A stretch of 62,630 bases of DNA, filler included. It is 7 parts of 7 records of this genome, joined end to end, with 100 filler letters (N's around TTAATTAATTAA, not from the genome) between each part and the next. Parts side by side here need not be neighbours in the genome. Positions count along the whole stretch, not along the records: positions 33,391 to 39,111 come from SRR31156797_46821; positions 39,212 to 45,528 come from SRR31156797_46842; positions 45,629 to 62,630 come from SRR31156797_46847; 4 more parts are not named here. One strand, given 5' to 3'. A model generated the notes under the pieces. The model made no database searches, was not told the origin of the DNA, and saw only the letters and a list, made by a program, of their open reading frames with translations. Below, one piece after another: positions 38,362-48,412 of this stretch; position 1 is the first letter of the stretch, and each line of letters opens with the position of its first letter. A program made the translations under genes and the position numbers.

Positions 38362-39110
38362 CAGCTGTTATTTAGTTTCCTTTTAGCGGATTGCCAGAGT
38401 TCTTCAAGCTCATCAAGAGGTTTTCTCTCATCAACAAAAGTCGGATCGATGTTTTCCATTTCATCAAAACGATCCTTAAATCTACGAGCGCAGGATTTGA
38501 GAGCTTTTTCACTATCAACTCCAAGTTTTCTTCCAAGATTTATGACAGCAAAAAGAAGGTCGCCAAGTTCGTGTTCCATCTCTTCTTTTTTTCCACCGTC
38601 TATTGCTTCAATAAGTTCTGTTCTCTCTTCATCGATCTTATCAAGAACATCTTCCCACTTTTCCCAGTCAAAACCAACTGTGGAAGCACGAGAAGTATAA
38701 CGCTGAGAAAGGTTGATAGCAGGCATCGCAACAGGAATTCCATCAAGAAGATGCTTGCGGTTCTCTTTAGATTTCTTTATCTGATTCCATTTTTCAAGAA
38801 CCTCTTCGCTTGTATCAGCTTTATCATCGCCAAAAACGTGAGGATGTCTTGTCACAAGTTTATCTGAAAGTGCCTTTGCAACATCTTCAAAATTAAAAAG
38901 CGTCTCTTCTCCAGCCATTTGAGAAACAAATACAACCTGAAGGAGGAGGTCCCCCAACTCTTTTTTGAGCGTGTCAACGGAATCCTTGTCTTCTCTATCA
39001 AATTCATCAAGAGCTTCAACAGTTTCAAAAGCTTCCTCAATAATATAAGGGCGAAGGGAAGTGATAGTCTGTTTTTTATCCCAGGGACATCCATTTTCCG
39101 AACGAAGTGT
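38361..39110 (-). CDS. mazG: Nucleoside triphosphate pyrophosphohydrolase MazG, 5'-truncated
   Basis: Frame extends to the contig edge: LRSENGCPWDKKQT..EEAFE..ELGDLLLQVVF, RHPHVFG, GFDW, ELGDLLF. Confidence 0.95.
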   Translation of the reverse strand, partial: TLRSENGCPWDKKQTITSLRPYIIEEAFETVEALDEFDREDKDSVDTLKKELGDLLLQVVFVSQMAGEETLFNFEDVAKALSDKLVTRHPHVFGDDKADTSEEVLEKWNQIKKSKENRKHLLDGIPVAMPAINLSQRYTSRASTVGFDWEKWEDVLDKIDEERTELIEAIDGGKKEEMEHELGDLLFAVINLGRKLGVDSEKALKSCARRFKDRFDEMENIDPTFVDERKPLDELEELWQSAKRKLNNS

Positions 39111-39111
39111 C

Positions 39112-39211
39112 NNNNNNNNNNNNNNNNNNNNNNNNNNNNNNNNNNNNNNNNNNNNTTAATTAATTAANNNNNNNNNNNNNNNNNNNNNNNNNNNNNNNNN
39201 NNNNNNNNNNN
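39112..39211. other. Artificial contig spacer
   Basis: N/TTAATTAATTAA/N. Confidence 0.99.
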
Positions 39212-39511
39212 CGCTTTAATAATGGCCGGCTTGGTTTGGGAGGTCTGAATTTTGTCTGCCAGATTTTGAAATTCGATCTTAATTTTTATTTCTCGGGCGA
39301 CCAGCAGGCTGTCTTCTAAGCGGATCAAATCAGTTGTCCTATGCTTGGGGTATCCGTCAAATTATACGCTATAAAAATGTGGGCAAATAGCCTATTGTCA
39401 ATACACTCTTTTAAAAATTTAATCTTGGTATAATATCCGGGGAAGGGCAATTGCTCATTGAATCCAAGGGGTTTGATGGAATAAGGATGAACATATCAAT
39501 AAAAATAAACA

Positions 39512-40030
39512 TCAGGTTTTATTTGTGAGTGGAGAATATTTCATACTCCATACAATGATTGCGGCAGAAAATGCCGATACCATTCCAGCACCGGTAATGT
39601 CGGCTGGAAAGTGGATACCGCAAAAAATCCGGGCAAGACCGCATAAAAATCCAAGAATTAAAAGCCGGGTACCCACGGCTCTTGTTTCCTTATTATAAAA
39701 GAAGACAAAGGCAATCGACAGAACAAAGGTGGTATGATCCGAGGGAAAGGAAGCATCCGGTGCATGCTTGATCAACAGGATTGCCGGAGTCTGTATAAAG
39801 GGCCGGGGCTGGAACCATATTAAAGCAATGGCAAAATTTATGGACAGACCGAGGGCGGCCGCACCCAAGGCGAGGCAGGGCAGTTTTTTTTCGCAGTTTT
39901 TCCACCAGAGATAACCAAGCCAAAGGATAAAGGCAAAGGGCATGGCTTCCGCTGCAGTAACAGCAAGACCATCCAGAACAACACTTTTTCCTGCCAGTCC
40001 GTTGATAGTGATAAATAATGCGGTGTTCAT
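39512..40030 (-). CDS. Undecaprenyl-diphosphatase, BcrC/YbjG-like PAP2
   Basis: PRPF, SFPSDH, ARIFCGIHFPADI. Confidence 0.88.
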   Translation of the reverse strand: MNTALFITINGLAGKSVVLDGLAVTAAEAMPFAFILWLGYLWWKNCEKKLPCLALGAAALGLSINFAIALIWFQPRPFIQTPAILLIKHAPDASFPSDHTTFVLSIAFVFFYNKETRAVGTRLLILGFLCGLARIFCGIHFPADITGAGMVSAFSAAIIVWSMKYSPLTNKT

Positions 40031-40043
40031 TTGTTTGATGGGA

Positions 40044-41426
40044 TCAGGCGGTCAGTGGAAAAAAAATTTTGACCGTTACATATCCTTTGGGCTCATTGGC
40101 AATTTTTATGGTTCCGTCATGGAGCTGAACTATTTTTTGTGCGATGGCCAGGCCGAGCCCTGAGCCGCCGTGGGTTGTGGAACGGGATTTCTCCACCCGG
40201 TAAAATTGTTCGAACACCCGTTCAAGATCCTTATCCGGAATCCCGGGTCCGGTGTTGGAAATTTCCAATAGGATCTCTGAGGCTGTTTTACAGCCGGTTA
40301 TCATCAATCTGCCCTTTTTTTCCAAATTATACCGGATGCCGTTGTCAATAAGATTGATCAGCAGGCGGTATAATTTTTCAGGGTCGCCGGATAAGGGCAG
40401 GGTGTCTGGAATACGGATCTGTAGTCGGATATTTTTTGCAGAAAATAGGTCGCTATAGTCATTTATGGTCCGTTTTACCAACATTGTCAGGTCAATGGGT
40501 TCCCTGCCAAGTGTTTCTTGTTGCTCGAGCCGAGACAGGTCCAGTAGGTGCTTTACCAGGTGGCTCATCCTGCGGGTGGTATCCAGCTGTTTTATTATGC
40601 TTTTACCGGCTGATGGCGGTAGAGTCTGATTCATTACCAGTTCTTCCTGGGCCAGTAAGAGCAGGGTTATGGGACTTTTAAGTTCATGGGATGCATTGCC
40701 GATGAATTCCTTCTGCCGCTGAAAAGAGTATTGGAGCCGGTCAAACATTCTGTTCAGGGAGACGGATAAATCATATAATTCATCTTTGGTGGGGCTTAAG
40801 GGAATCCGTTTGTCCAGAGATTTGTCACTGATTTCGGTAGCCAGCCGGGTAATTGAAGAAACCGGAGACAGGATTTTTCCGGCCAGATGGTAGCTTAAAA
40901 AAATAATGACAAGAGAGCACAGGGTAAGGCCTATGGCAAAACGGCCGATGAGTTCTATCAATTCTTTTTCGAATTTTTCAATGGGCTTGGCAATATGGAC
41001 GATTGCGGGCAGGGAACCAATAGTTACCTTCATTTCCATTACCCTGAAAAACACCTCGTCCCGGCTGTCCTGGCCCAGCCGGATTTTGGACCTGGGTATG
41101 ATTTTTTCCGTGATGTAGGCGGTTTTATTTTTTGAAAGGGGTATATCGGTGAACCGGGCAATCCGGGAGCGATACAATACCCGGGAGCCGCGGCTTACCT
41201 TAATCCAGTAATGATCGGGATTATAGGGCATTTGGGATAAATCATATTGGTCTGTGCCTGCTGCTTCCATCCGGGTGACAAGGGACTCAACCATATGTGC
41301 CAGTTCTTTGTCAATGAGCAGAAAGGATTCTTTAACCATTTCAAAAAAGACAAAGGAAGAAAACGCAATTGTGGCCAGAACCGAGGCTCCGGAAATCCAA
41401 AGGGTGATTTTTTTTCGTATTTTCAT
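40044..41426 (-). CDS. HAMP sensor histidine kinase
   Basis: ASHELKSP, NLIDNGIRYN, FYRVEKSR, GSGLGLAI. Confidence 0.95.
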   Translation of the reverse strand: MKIRKKITLWISGASVLATIAFSSFVFFEMVKESFLLIDKELAHMVESLVTRMEAAGTDQYDLSQMPYNPDHYWIKVSRGSRVLYRSRIARFTDIPLSKNKTAYITEKIIPRSKIRLGQDSRDEVFFRVMEMKVTIGSLPAIVHIAKPIEKFEKELIELIGRFAIGLTLCSLVIIFLSYHLAGKILSPVSSITRLATEISDKSLDKRIPLSPTKDELYDLSVSLNRMFDRLQYSFQRQKEFIGNASHELKSPITLLLLAQEELVMNQTLPPSAGKSIIKQLDTTRRMSHLVKHLLDLSRLEQQETLGREPIDLTMLVKRTINDYSDLFSAKNIRLQIRIPDTLPLSGDPEKLYRLLINLIDNGIRYNLEKKGRLMITGCKTASEILLEISNTGPGIPDKDLERVFEQFYRVEKSRSTTHGGSGLGLAIAQKIVQLHDGTIKIANEPKGYVTVKIFFPLTA

Positions 41427-41432
41427 CTTGTT

Positions 41433-42107
41433 TTATTGGTGGTCAATGATAAACCCGATCCCCCTTACAGTCCTGATCAGAGGATTGTCTTTGGGGGTGT
41501 GTATTTTATTGCGCAGGTTTTTGATGTGGACATCCACAAAGTTTGACATGGAAAACGGGTCAAAGTCGCTCCCCCATACATGCTCGGCCAGATTAAATCT
41601 TGAAACCACGCTTCCTTTGTTGTGGAGCAGAAACTCAAGGATGGAAAATTCCTTGGCCGTCAGTTTTACCAAGGTTTTATCCAGGGTAACCCTGCGGCTT
41701 ATTGTATCCAGGCTGAGGGCCCCGGCTCTCAGGACCGGGTCTTTATGCCCGTTTCTTCGGAGCATTGCCCGTATTCTTGCCATGAGTTCTGCCATGGAAA
41801 AGGGTTTGGCCAGGTAATCATCCGCACCGTGATCAAGACCTTTGACCCGGTCCTCTACATCCCCCCTGGCGGTTAGCATGAGTATAGGCATGTCAAGGCC
41901 TGCCTGTCTGGTTTCCTTAAGGACGCTGAGTCCGTCACGCCGGGGCAGCATCACATCAAGGAGCACAAGGGTATAGGCATTGTCGAAAATTTTGTCCAAT
42001 GCCGTTTCACCGTTTTCTGCGGTATCGACCCGGTAATTCTTTTCTTCCAGAGCCTTTCGCAGCTGTTCCAGCAGCTCAAGGTCGTCGTCAACAACGAGAA
42101 TATTCAT
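41433..42107 (-). CDS. OmpR-family response regulator
   Basis: LLDVMLP, GADDYLAKPF, VDVHIKNLRNKI, IRTVRGIG. Confidence 0.96.
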   Translation of the reverse strand: MNILVVDDDLELLEQLRKALEEKNYRVDTAENGETALDKIFDNAYTLVLLDVMLPRRDGLSVLKETRQAGLDMPILMLTARGDVEDRVKGLDHGADDYLAKPFSMAELMARIRAMLRRNGHKDPVLRAGALSLDTISRRVTLDKTLVKLTAKEFSILEFLLHNKGSVVSRFNLAEHVWGSDFDPFSMSNFVDVHIKNLRNKIHTPKDNPLIRTVRGIGFIIDHQ

Positions 42108-42172
42108 ATGTTGATCCGCTTTCTTTGTTTGTCCTGTTTCAGAATATAATGTTTGGGGGCAAAGGACAATTT

Positions 42173-42523
42173 TTAAATAAGGATCAATGTCCAGATAAGT
42201 ACAACTGCGGCAAGACTGACAAATACAGCCGCAGATCCCATATCCTTTGCCTGTTTTGCCAGGGGGTGGTATTTTTTCCCCATGCGGTCTACTGCCGCTT
42301 CAATGGAAGAATTCAAAAGCTCTGCAACCAGCACCATGATCAGTGGCAGTATTAACAGGGCTTTTTCAATTCCGGTTTCTCCCATAAAGAGTCCCGCCGG
42401 CATCAAGACCCCGGCCAAGAAAAGTTCCTGTCTGAATGCCGCCTCATTGACCAGGGCTGCCTTGATTCCGGCCAGGGAATATCCCGCCGCTTTAATGATC
42501 CGTAACAAGCCTTTTGTCTGCAT
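42173..42523 (-). CDS. dgkA: Diacylglycerol kinase
   Basis: EAAFRQE, ELLNSSIEAAVDR, AKDMGSAAV. Confidence 0.95.
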   Translation of the reverse strand: MQTKGLLRIIKAAGYSLAGIKAALVNEAAFRQELFLAGVLMPAGLFMGETGIEKALLILPLIMVLVAELLNSSIEAAVDRMGKKYHPLAKQAKDMGSAAVFVSLAAVVLIWTLILI

Positions 42524-42542
42524 TTTATCTTTCCGATGCGCG

Positions 42543-44495
42543 TTAATTGGTTTTTATCCATCTGTTGAGCCGGTTTCTAAAGACATAATCCGCGCCCTGG
42601 TAATAAGCCATCAATTCGTCAACAAAGGGATAGGTCGGTTTTATTTTTTTCAGGGAGGGATTTTTTGTCCCCCTTTTAACCAGGTTGATTGTTTTTCCCG
42701 GTGAGAGGAATAAAAGGGTTTCTTCATTTAGAAACCCAAGTTTTTGATAATTGGCGATCAGGGCCCTCCCCTTAAAACCGGGAGCCAGGATATTTTTTCC
42801 GAAAAAAAAGCTGTCATAGGGAAAATTCAACACGGACAGCAGGGTCGGGGCCAGATCTATTTGGCTGGACAGCCTGTCTATTTCCCCGGCCTTAATGTGG
42901 GCGGGCCCATAGATGAAAAGAGGGATATGGTATTTTTCCACTGGAAGGCCTATTTTTCCTGCACTGGCGGCGCAATGATCCGCAACCACGACAAAAATCG
43001 TATTTTTAAACCAGGGCTGCTTTTGGGCTCTGCCCATTAATCGACCCAGGGCATAATCCGTATATTTAACAGCGCCGAACCGTCCGCTGCCCTTGCCTCC
43101 TTCGCCTGGAATCAGGTCTATTTTTCCCTCGGGAAACGTGAAGGGGCGGTGATTGCTGGTGGTCATGATATGATAAAAAAACGGGGTCTTTGATTCATGT
43201 GCCCGTCCGGCTTCACGGATGGCGCGTTTGTAAAGGTCTTCGTCCGACACCCCCCAGGCATTTTTAAAGGAAATCTCGTCTTTGCCCAGCCGGGTCTGAT
43301 CCACAATCCTGTATCCGTTTTCGGTAAAAAAAGCATTCATATTATCAAAATATCCCCGCCCTCCATATAGAAAGGCTGTGTCATACCCCCTGTCCTTGAA
43401 TACCTTGCCCAGGTTGTACATATTGGCATTATCCGGTCGTTTGACAATGGAACGGCCCGGCGTAGGGGGAATGGAGAGAGTAATAGCCTCAAGCCCCCTT
43501 GTGGTCCGGGTTCCGGTGGCATAAAAGTTAGTAAATAATTTCCCCTGTTTAAACCATTCATCCATAAACGGGGTGATATTTTTTTTTTGGCCGAAACGGG
43601 TGAGAAACTTTGCACTGAGGCTTTCAACAGTGATAAGCATGATGTTTAATTGTTGAGGCGGCCTGTGGGGCTCAATTGTCCTGGCGATGTTGTATACACC
43701 TTTGCCGTAAAACCGGCCGTTTTTTTCAAAAATTGCTTCCTTAAGCCTTTGGGAGAGAATTGCATCATCCCCTGTTTTGTAAAATTGGTGATAATCAAGC
43801 GTATTGTTCTTGAATGCGGCAAATAATTGGTAAGGTCCGTTGGATGCCAGTTCATTGACATAATTATTGTCTGAAAAATCCCGAAGGGATTGATCTATAA
43901 GAAAAAATGATATGCCGGCAACTAAAAGCAGACTCAGAGCAGCTACAGTCCGTTGGAGACTTTTTTCCTTAATGGCTGCAGCCTTGAGAACAGAAGGACG
44001 AAGCCTTAAGAAGGTGAATAGGGTTAAGGCCACTAAGAGGGATAGTATCCAGAAGACTGGGTAGGATTCAAGGATATTGTCGGTGACCTCCCGGCGGTAG
44101 ATAAGGTAATCAACGGAAATGAAATTAAATCTCACCCCAAATTCCTCCCAGAATAACCATTCGGCAACGATACAGAATCCAAGGCCAAACAGCACTAGGA
44201 AAACGGCAACCTGAACCAGATTTCCAATGAGCCTTGTATTCATCCATTTATTAGGCAGAGCCCAGAGCAGAAGGACAAAGGGTAGTATGGCATAGGAGAT
44301 GAATGCGATATCAAATATCAATCCCTGACCAAATATATAGGCCAGGTCCACAAAGGTGACATCTATGAGGTTCCAGGCCACGGCCCTAAAAAACAGGGCG
44401 GCACGAAAGATTCCGAAACCTGTAAGTGCAATTATGCAAGGCTGGAATATCAGGGCGAAACGTGTTTTTGGATTAAAGAAAATTTTATTGAACAT
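42543..44495 (-). CDS. LTA synthase family / phosphoglycerol transferase-like sulfatase
   Basis: About five TM helices, then VESLS, GTRTTRG (Thr nucleophile), TTSNHRPF, VADH. Confidence 0.9.
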   Translation of the reverse strand: MFNKIFFNPKTRFALIFQPCIIALTGFGIFRAALFFRAVAWNLIDVTFVDLAYIFGQGLIFDIAFISYAILPFVLLLWALPNKWMNTRLIGNLVQVAVFLVLFGLGFCIVAEWLFWEEFGVRFNFISVDYLIYRREVTDNILESYPVFWILSLLVALTLFTFLRLRPSVLKAAAIKEKSLQRTVAALSLLLVAGISFFLIDQSLRDFSDNNYVNELASNGPYQLFAAFKNNTLDYHQFYKTGDDAILSQRLKEAIFEKNGRFYGKGVYNIARTIEPHRPPQQLNIMLITVESLSAKFLTRFGQKKNITPFMDEWFKQGKLFTNFYATGTRTTRGLEAITLSIPPTPGRSIVKRPDNANMYNLGKVFKDRGYDTAFLYGGRGYFDNMNAFFTENGYRIVDQTRLGKDEISFKNAWGVSDEDLYKRAIREAGRAHESKTPFFYHIMTTSNHRPFTFPEGKIDLIPGEGGKGSGRFGAVKYTDYALGRLMGRAQKQPWFKNTIFVVVADHCAASAGKIGLPVEKYHIPLFIYGPAHIKAGEIDRLSSQIDLAPTLLSVLNFPYDSFFFGKNILAPGFKGRALIANYQKLGFLNEETLLFLSPGKTINLVKRGTKNPSLKKIKPTYPFVDELMAYYQGADYVFRNRLNRWIKTN

Positions 44496-45150
44496 GGGTG
44501 AAACCTCTTTTTTTTTCAGGATAAAAAATAATATGAATGATGAGTGCCGCATACCAGCAAATGACCATGGAAAAAAGGTCGTGGCTTGGAAAATGAGCGC
44601 CCCTGACCTGCTGGCCTACCCCGAATAAAAGGCCAAGTCCCAACCCGAAAAAAAGCCCTGACTTTTTGTATTGGGAATTACATTGGGACAGAACAAAATA
44701 CAGACTGAGCCAGGCATAGCCTCCTGATGCATGGCCCGAAGGAAAACCCAGTCCGGTGGGGGCCCCCACCGGAACCGGGTCAAACAATCTGATATAGGGC
44801 TGGGTACCAGAAAAGAGCGCCAGATCCCATGGGGTGTATATATGGGTCAGGTTCTTCCCTGCCCCGACGACCAGAGGGCCTCCTGTCGAAGCCGCCAAAA
44901 AGTAGGCCAGAATTTTTCTATGGGGTTTAAACGGTTTCAGGCAAAACGTCAGGGAAAAACAGGCCAGCCAGAGAATGGCTGTCCCCATATTAAAATACCG
45001 CCCCCCCTCATGGATAATCGTGTTGAAAAGCCAGTGGTCACGGTAGGGCCAGGTTCTGCTTGCCTGGTCGTAAAAATGAGAGATCCACCAGATGTCCAGT
45101 CCGGTGTATTCCAAGCCGATTCCGGCCAGGATAAGGAACAGGGGTAACAC
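44485..45150 (-). CDS. PAP2 family phosphatase
   Basis: K..T....PWD, FPSGHASGG, QQVRGAHFPSHD. Confidence 0.88.
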   Translation of the reverse strand: MLPLFLILAGIGLEYTGLDIWWISHFYDQASRTWPYRDHWLFNTIIHEGGRYFNMGTAILWLACFSLTFCLKPFKPHRKILAYFLAASTGGPLVVGAGKNLTHIYTPWDLALFSGTQPYIRLFDPVPVGAPTGLGFPSGHASGGYAWLSLYFVLSQCNSQYKKSGLFFGLGLGLLFGVGQQVRGAHFPSHDLFSMVICWYAALIIHIIFYPEKKRGFTHVQ

Positions 45151-45299
45151 TATCCGGGAACAGGGAAGGGAGACGCGTCTGTTTATATGAACGAGTGCCC
45201 GCCTGAACGGCCTTTTTTTTCTATAGGGTTTTTAAAGGGTGCCTTCATCTGCCTTTTCTTTTTGTTTGTTATGGAATGGCTGGAAAAGATAGCACCCGG

Positions 45300-45320
45300 A
45301 TTATGAAGAAATTATGAAGA
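45300..45320 (-). promoter_or_regulatory. Tandem direct repeat, probable OmpR-family binding site
   Basis: ATTATGAAGA twice with an 11-bp period, just upstream of a minus-strand TGcTATCTT -10-like box. Confidence 0.6.
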
Positions 45321-45396
45321 TGAGTCGGAATTTAAATACGGACCGGTTTGTGGTATGAGTATGATAATTTTTATTGATTTTTCACCATGGAACCAA

Positions 45397-45528
45397 ATGA
45401 TATACTTACTTCGTATAATTATTATTCTTATATGGGCCTTGTTGTTTTTCAGTTCCACTGCAGGGGCCGGTCCTCCGGGGTTGACCCAGGAAGAAAAAAA
45501 CTGGCTGTCTGAGCATGATGGAAAGGTC
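45397..45528 (+). CDS. N-terminus of a substrate-binding-domain sensor protein (fragment)
   Basis: Signal peptide followed by LTQEEKNWL, typical of BvgS/EvgS-like periplasmic domains. Confidence 0.55.
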
Positions 45529-45628
45529 NNNNNNNNNNNNNNNNNNNNNNNNNNNNNNNNNNNNNNNNNNNNTTAATTAATTAANNNNNNNNNNNNNNNN
45601 NNNNNNNNNNNNNNNNNNNNNNNNNNNN
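45529..45628. other. Artificial contig spacer
   Basis: N/TTAATTAATTAA/N. Confidence 0.99.
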
Positions 45629-45941
45629 ACGCCGTGACTTCAAACCTTCCGGCCCCGATGCGGGACTTGGCGGCACCGTGGTGCCGATTATCGAAATAAG
45701 ACATCATCACCTTATCAAAACTCCATGACCAAATTGGATGCGGGCGTATGGCCCGTTTTTCCCCGCATGACTGTGATCTAGTCCGGGACGGGTGCCCTTT
45801 CAAGCCGAAGGACTGTCCGCGGACGCTGCGTAATATCGGTTCCAATTATGAAAAACCTCGGTCCGGAATATGGTTTTCCTGTGGCAATATATCCCTTCAC
45901 TCATTCGTGAAGACCTACGCCGCCATCCCATTGCCGGAAAA

Positions 45942-46127
45942 TCAACCACGAACCATCCAGACGATGCCGACGCCGACGACGGCGGCCGCCAAGCCGGCAA
46001 TCCGAATATTCTGCCCGGGTTGTTCAAGCACGCGGGCCATCATGCGTTTCATGGCATCGGGGAAAAGCGCGTAAAGCACTCCTTCGATGGCAATCGCCAA
46101 ACCGATGGCGACGACAAAATCGGACAT
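45942..46127 (-). CDS. DUF2065 (YjeT-like) small membrane protein
   Basis: IEGVLYALFP..MKR; usual position downstream of hflKC. Confidence 0.9.
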   Translation of the reverse strand: MSDFVVAIGLAIAIEGVLYALFPDAMKRMMARVLEQPGQNIRIAGLAAAVVGVGIVWMVRG

Positions 46128-46157
46128 AGCCTCCCCTCTGATTGCCTAACAATAAAA

Positions 46158-46188
46158 GAAGGGGCGCCGAATGGTCCAGCGCCCCTTC
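46158..46188 (-). terminator. Rho-independent terminator after hflC
   Basis: GAAGGGGCGC/GCGCCCCTTC stem followed by TTTTATT on the minus strand. Confidence 0.65.
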
Positions 46189-46207
46189 CCGTCAATTTCG
46201 CCGCTGC

Positions 46208-47116
46208 TTACTTGAACGATTTCGCGGCATCACGGCCTTTCACCGCGCCGCCGGTGATGTCACCAAAGTAGCGGAAAAAGTCGTTGTCGGGCGGACCGAC
46301 ATAACGGGTCGATTCACCCTGCAGGCCCGTTCGCATCGCATCCATGGAAACCCAGAAATCGAAGAACTGCTGGTCGCGGCCGTAGGCATCGTTGTAGATG
46401 CGCTGGGCCTCGGCCTCGCCTTCACCGCGAAGGATCTCGGATTGCTTCTGAGCATTGGCTTCAATGATGGTGCGCTGCTTATCGGCATCGGCCTTGATTT
46501 TCCGCGACTCGGCCTCGCCCTCGGCCCTGATCTTACGGGCTTCCTGCTCGCGCTGGGTCTGCATGCGCCGGAAAATGGCCTGGCTGTTTTCTTCGGGCAG
46601 GTCGACGCGCTTGATGCGCACGTCGATGACATCGATGCCGAAGGGTTTGCCCTGGTCGTTGACACGTTGGGCGATGACCTGCATCAGTTCCGAGCGTTCC
46701 TTGGTCAACAAGCGGGCCAGTTCGACCTCGCCAAACACGGCGCGAAGGTTGGCGTTGATGACGTTGCCAAGGCGTACGCCCATGCCGCCCTCGTTGGTCG
46801 CTGTCTGGAAGAACAGCAACGGGTTGGTGATGCGGTAACGGGCGAAGGCATCAACGACCAATTGCTTCTGATCACGGGTCGGCACTTCTTCGGCTTCGGC
46901 ATCAAAATCCAGAACCCGCCGATCAAATTTCTGTACATTCTGAACGATCGGCATCTTGAAGTGCAGGCCCGGCTCCTGAACCGTTTTTATCGGTTCGCCG
47001 AACTGCAGCACAAGCGCCTGTTCGTCCTGACGGACCGTAAATACCGCCGAAAATCCAACGATGCCGGCGACGATGATCAGGATCCCTAATAGTACCATTG
47101 ACGTACGCATGATCAT
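46208..47116 (-). CDS. hflC: FtsH protease modulator HflC
   Basis: SPFH domain: QFGEP..EPGLHFKMP, DVRIKRVDLP, GEGEA. Confidence 0.96.
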   Translation of the reverse strand: MIMRTSMVLLGILIIVAGIVGFSAVFTVRQDEQALVLQFGEPIKTVQEPGLHFKMPIVQNVQKFDRRVLDFDAEAEEVPTRDQKQLVVDAFARYRITNPLLFFQTATNEGGMGVRLGNVINANLRAVFGEVELARLLTKERSELMQVIAQRVNDQGKPFGIDVIDVRIKRVDLPEENSQAIFRRMQTQREQEARKIRAEGEAESRKIKADADKQRTIIEANAQKQSEILRGEGEAEAQRIYNDAYGRDQQFFDFWVSMDAMRTGLQGESTRYVGPPDNDFFRYFGDITGGAVKGRDAAKSFK

Positions 47117-48237
47117 TGCCCTCCCGTCTGGGCGCGGCCGCCGCGCGTCAACTCATTGAGCGGCAGATAGGGAACGACGCCCGAACCGCCGACATTGCTG
47201 TCGATCAGCACCTTGTCCATGCCTTCCATGATGGTTTTCATGGTTTCGAGATAAATGCGACGTGTCGTCACATCCTTCTCGTTCAGGTATTCCGCATAAA
47301 CAGACAGGAAGCGCTGTGCTTCACCGGAAGCCACAGCGATTTTTTGTTCGCGGTAACCTTCGGCACCCTTGATGATGCGCTGGGCTTCGCCTTCGGCCTT
47401 CTGAACGTTTTCGTTGAAATAGGCGGTTGCCTCGTTGACGGCGCGCTCCTTATCGGCGCGAGCCGCCTGCACGTCGCGGAAGGCATCCAGCACAATCCCC
47501 GGCGGGTCGATCTTCTGCAACTGGACATCGGTTATTTCGATACCGGCGCCGTAGCTGTCGAGGATCTGTTGAATCAGATCCTTGGCTTCGGTCTCGATCC
47601 TGACGCGGCCCTGGGTACGAGCGAATTCGAATTCGTTCTTGCCGATGATCTCGCGCAATGCCGCCTCGGAGGCGTCCTTGACGGTGCCGTCCGGATTGCG
47701 GATGTTGAACAGGAATTCACCCGCTTCCTTGATGACCCAGAAAGTCACCGATTGCACGTCGATGATATTTTCATCGCCGGTCAGCATCAGGCTTTCCTGC
47801 GGCACCGCCCGGTTGGCGCTGCCGCGCTGTCCCGGCGTACTGGTGCGGAAACCGACCTGGGTACGATTGACCCGGGTCACGTTCGGCACGAAGACCTCGC
47901 CAATCGGCGAAGGTGGCCACCAATGCAGTCCTGGTCCAGTAATTCCGCGGACGGGGTCATATTCCCCGAACAATAGCTGCACCCCCTGTTCTGCGGGCTG
48001 CACACGATAGAAACCGCTGGAAAGCCATAGGCCGGCCACGACAATCAACGCAACTATCAGACCCTTGCCGGCACCCATGCCGCCGGGCAGAAAGCGTTTG
48101 AAACGGTCCTGACCGCGTTTGATCATTTCTTCGATATCTGGCGGGCGCGGTCCGCCGGAGGGTCCACGACCCCAAGGGCCCTGGCCGCCACCGCCGCCAC
48201 CGCCCCATGGTCCGCCGCCTTGGGGATTCCATGCCAT
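47113..48237 (-). CDS. hflK: FtsH protease modulator HflK
   Basis: MAWN..GPWG, PPDIEE, MLTGDENI, DAFRDVQAARAD, VVPYLPLNEL. Confidence 0.97.
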   Translation of the reverse strand: MAWNPQGGGPWGGGGGGGQGPWGRGPSGGPRPPDIEEMIKRGQDRFKRFLPGGMGAGKGLIVALIVVAGLWLSSGFYRVQPAEQGVQLLFGEYDPVRGITGPGLHWWPPSPIGEVFVPNVTRVNRTQVGFRTSTPGQRGSANRAVPQESLMLTGDENIIDVQSVTFWVIKEAGEFLFNIRNPDGTVKDASEAALREIIGKNEFEFARTQGRVRIETEAKDLIQQILDSYGAGIEITDVQLQKIDPPGIVLDAFRDVQAARADKERAVNEATAYFNENVQKAEGEAQRIIKGAEGYREQKIAVASGEAQRFLSVYAEYLNEKDVTTRRIYLETMKTIMEGMDKVLIDSNVGGSGVVPYLPLNELTRGGRAQTGGQ

Positions 48238-48412
48238 AACTTTGCGTCCCTTTCGCGTCCGCTAATTCACAAAATTCGATTGGGCTTTGTTTTTGTGTAA
48301 CAGGTTCGTATATCTTCCGCGTGCCTTATAAGACAGCTTGACGGGCCGCGCAACGCGCAGGTGTCAATCTTACTGCCTATTTGATAACGCCTTATTTGTG
48401 GAGTTTTACCCG

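Noticed and set aside
7958-45584. Recurrent TTAATTAATTAA motif as a biological repeat or CRISPR
   Set aside because: Always embedded in N runs of fixed 100-nt total length; it is an artificial six-frame-stop linker.
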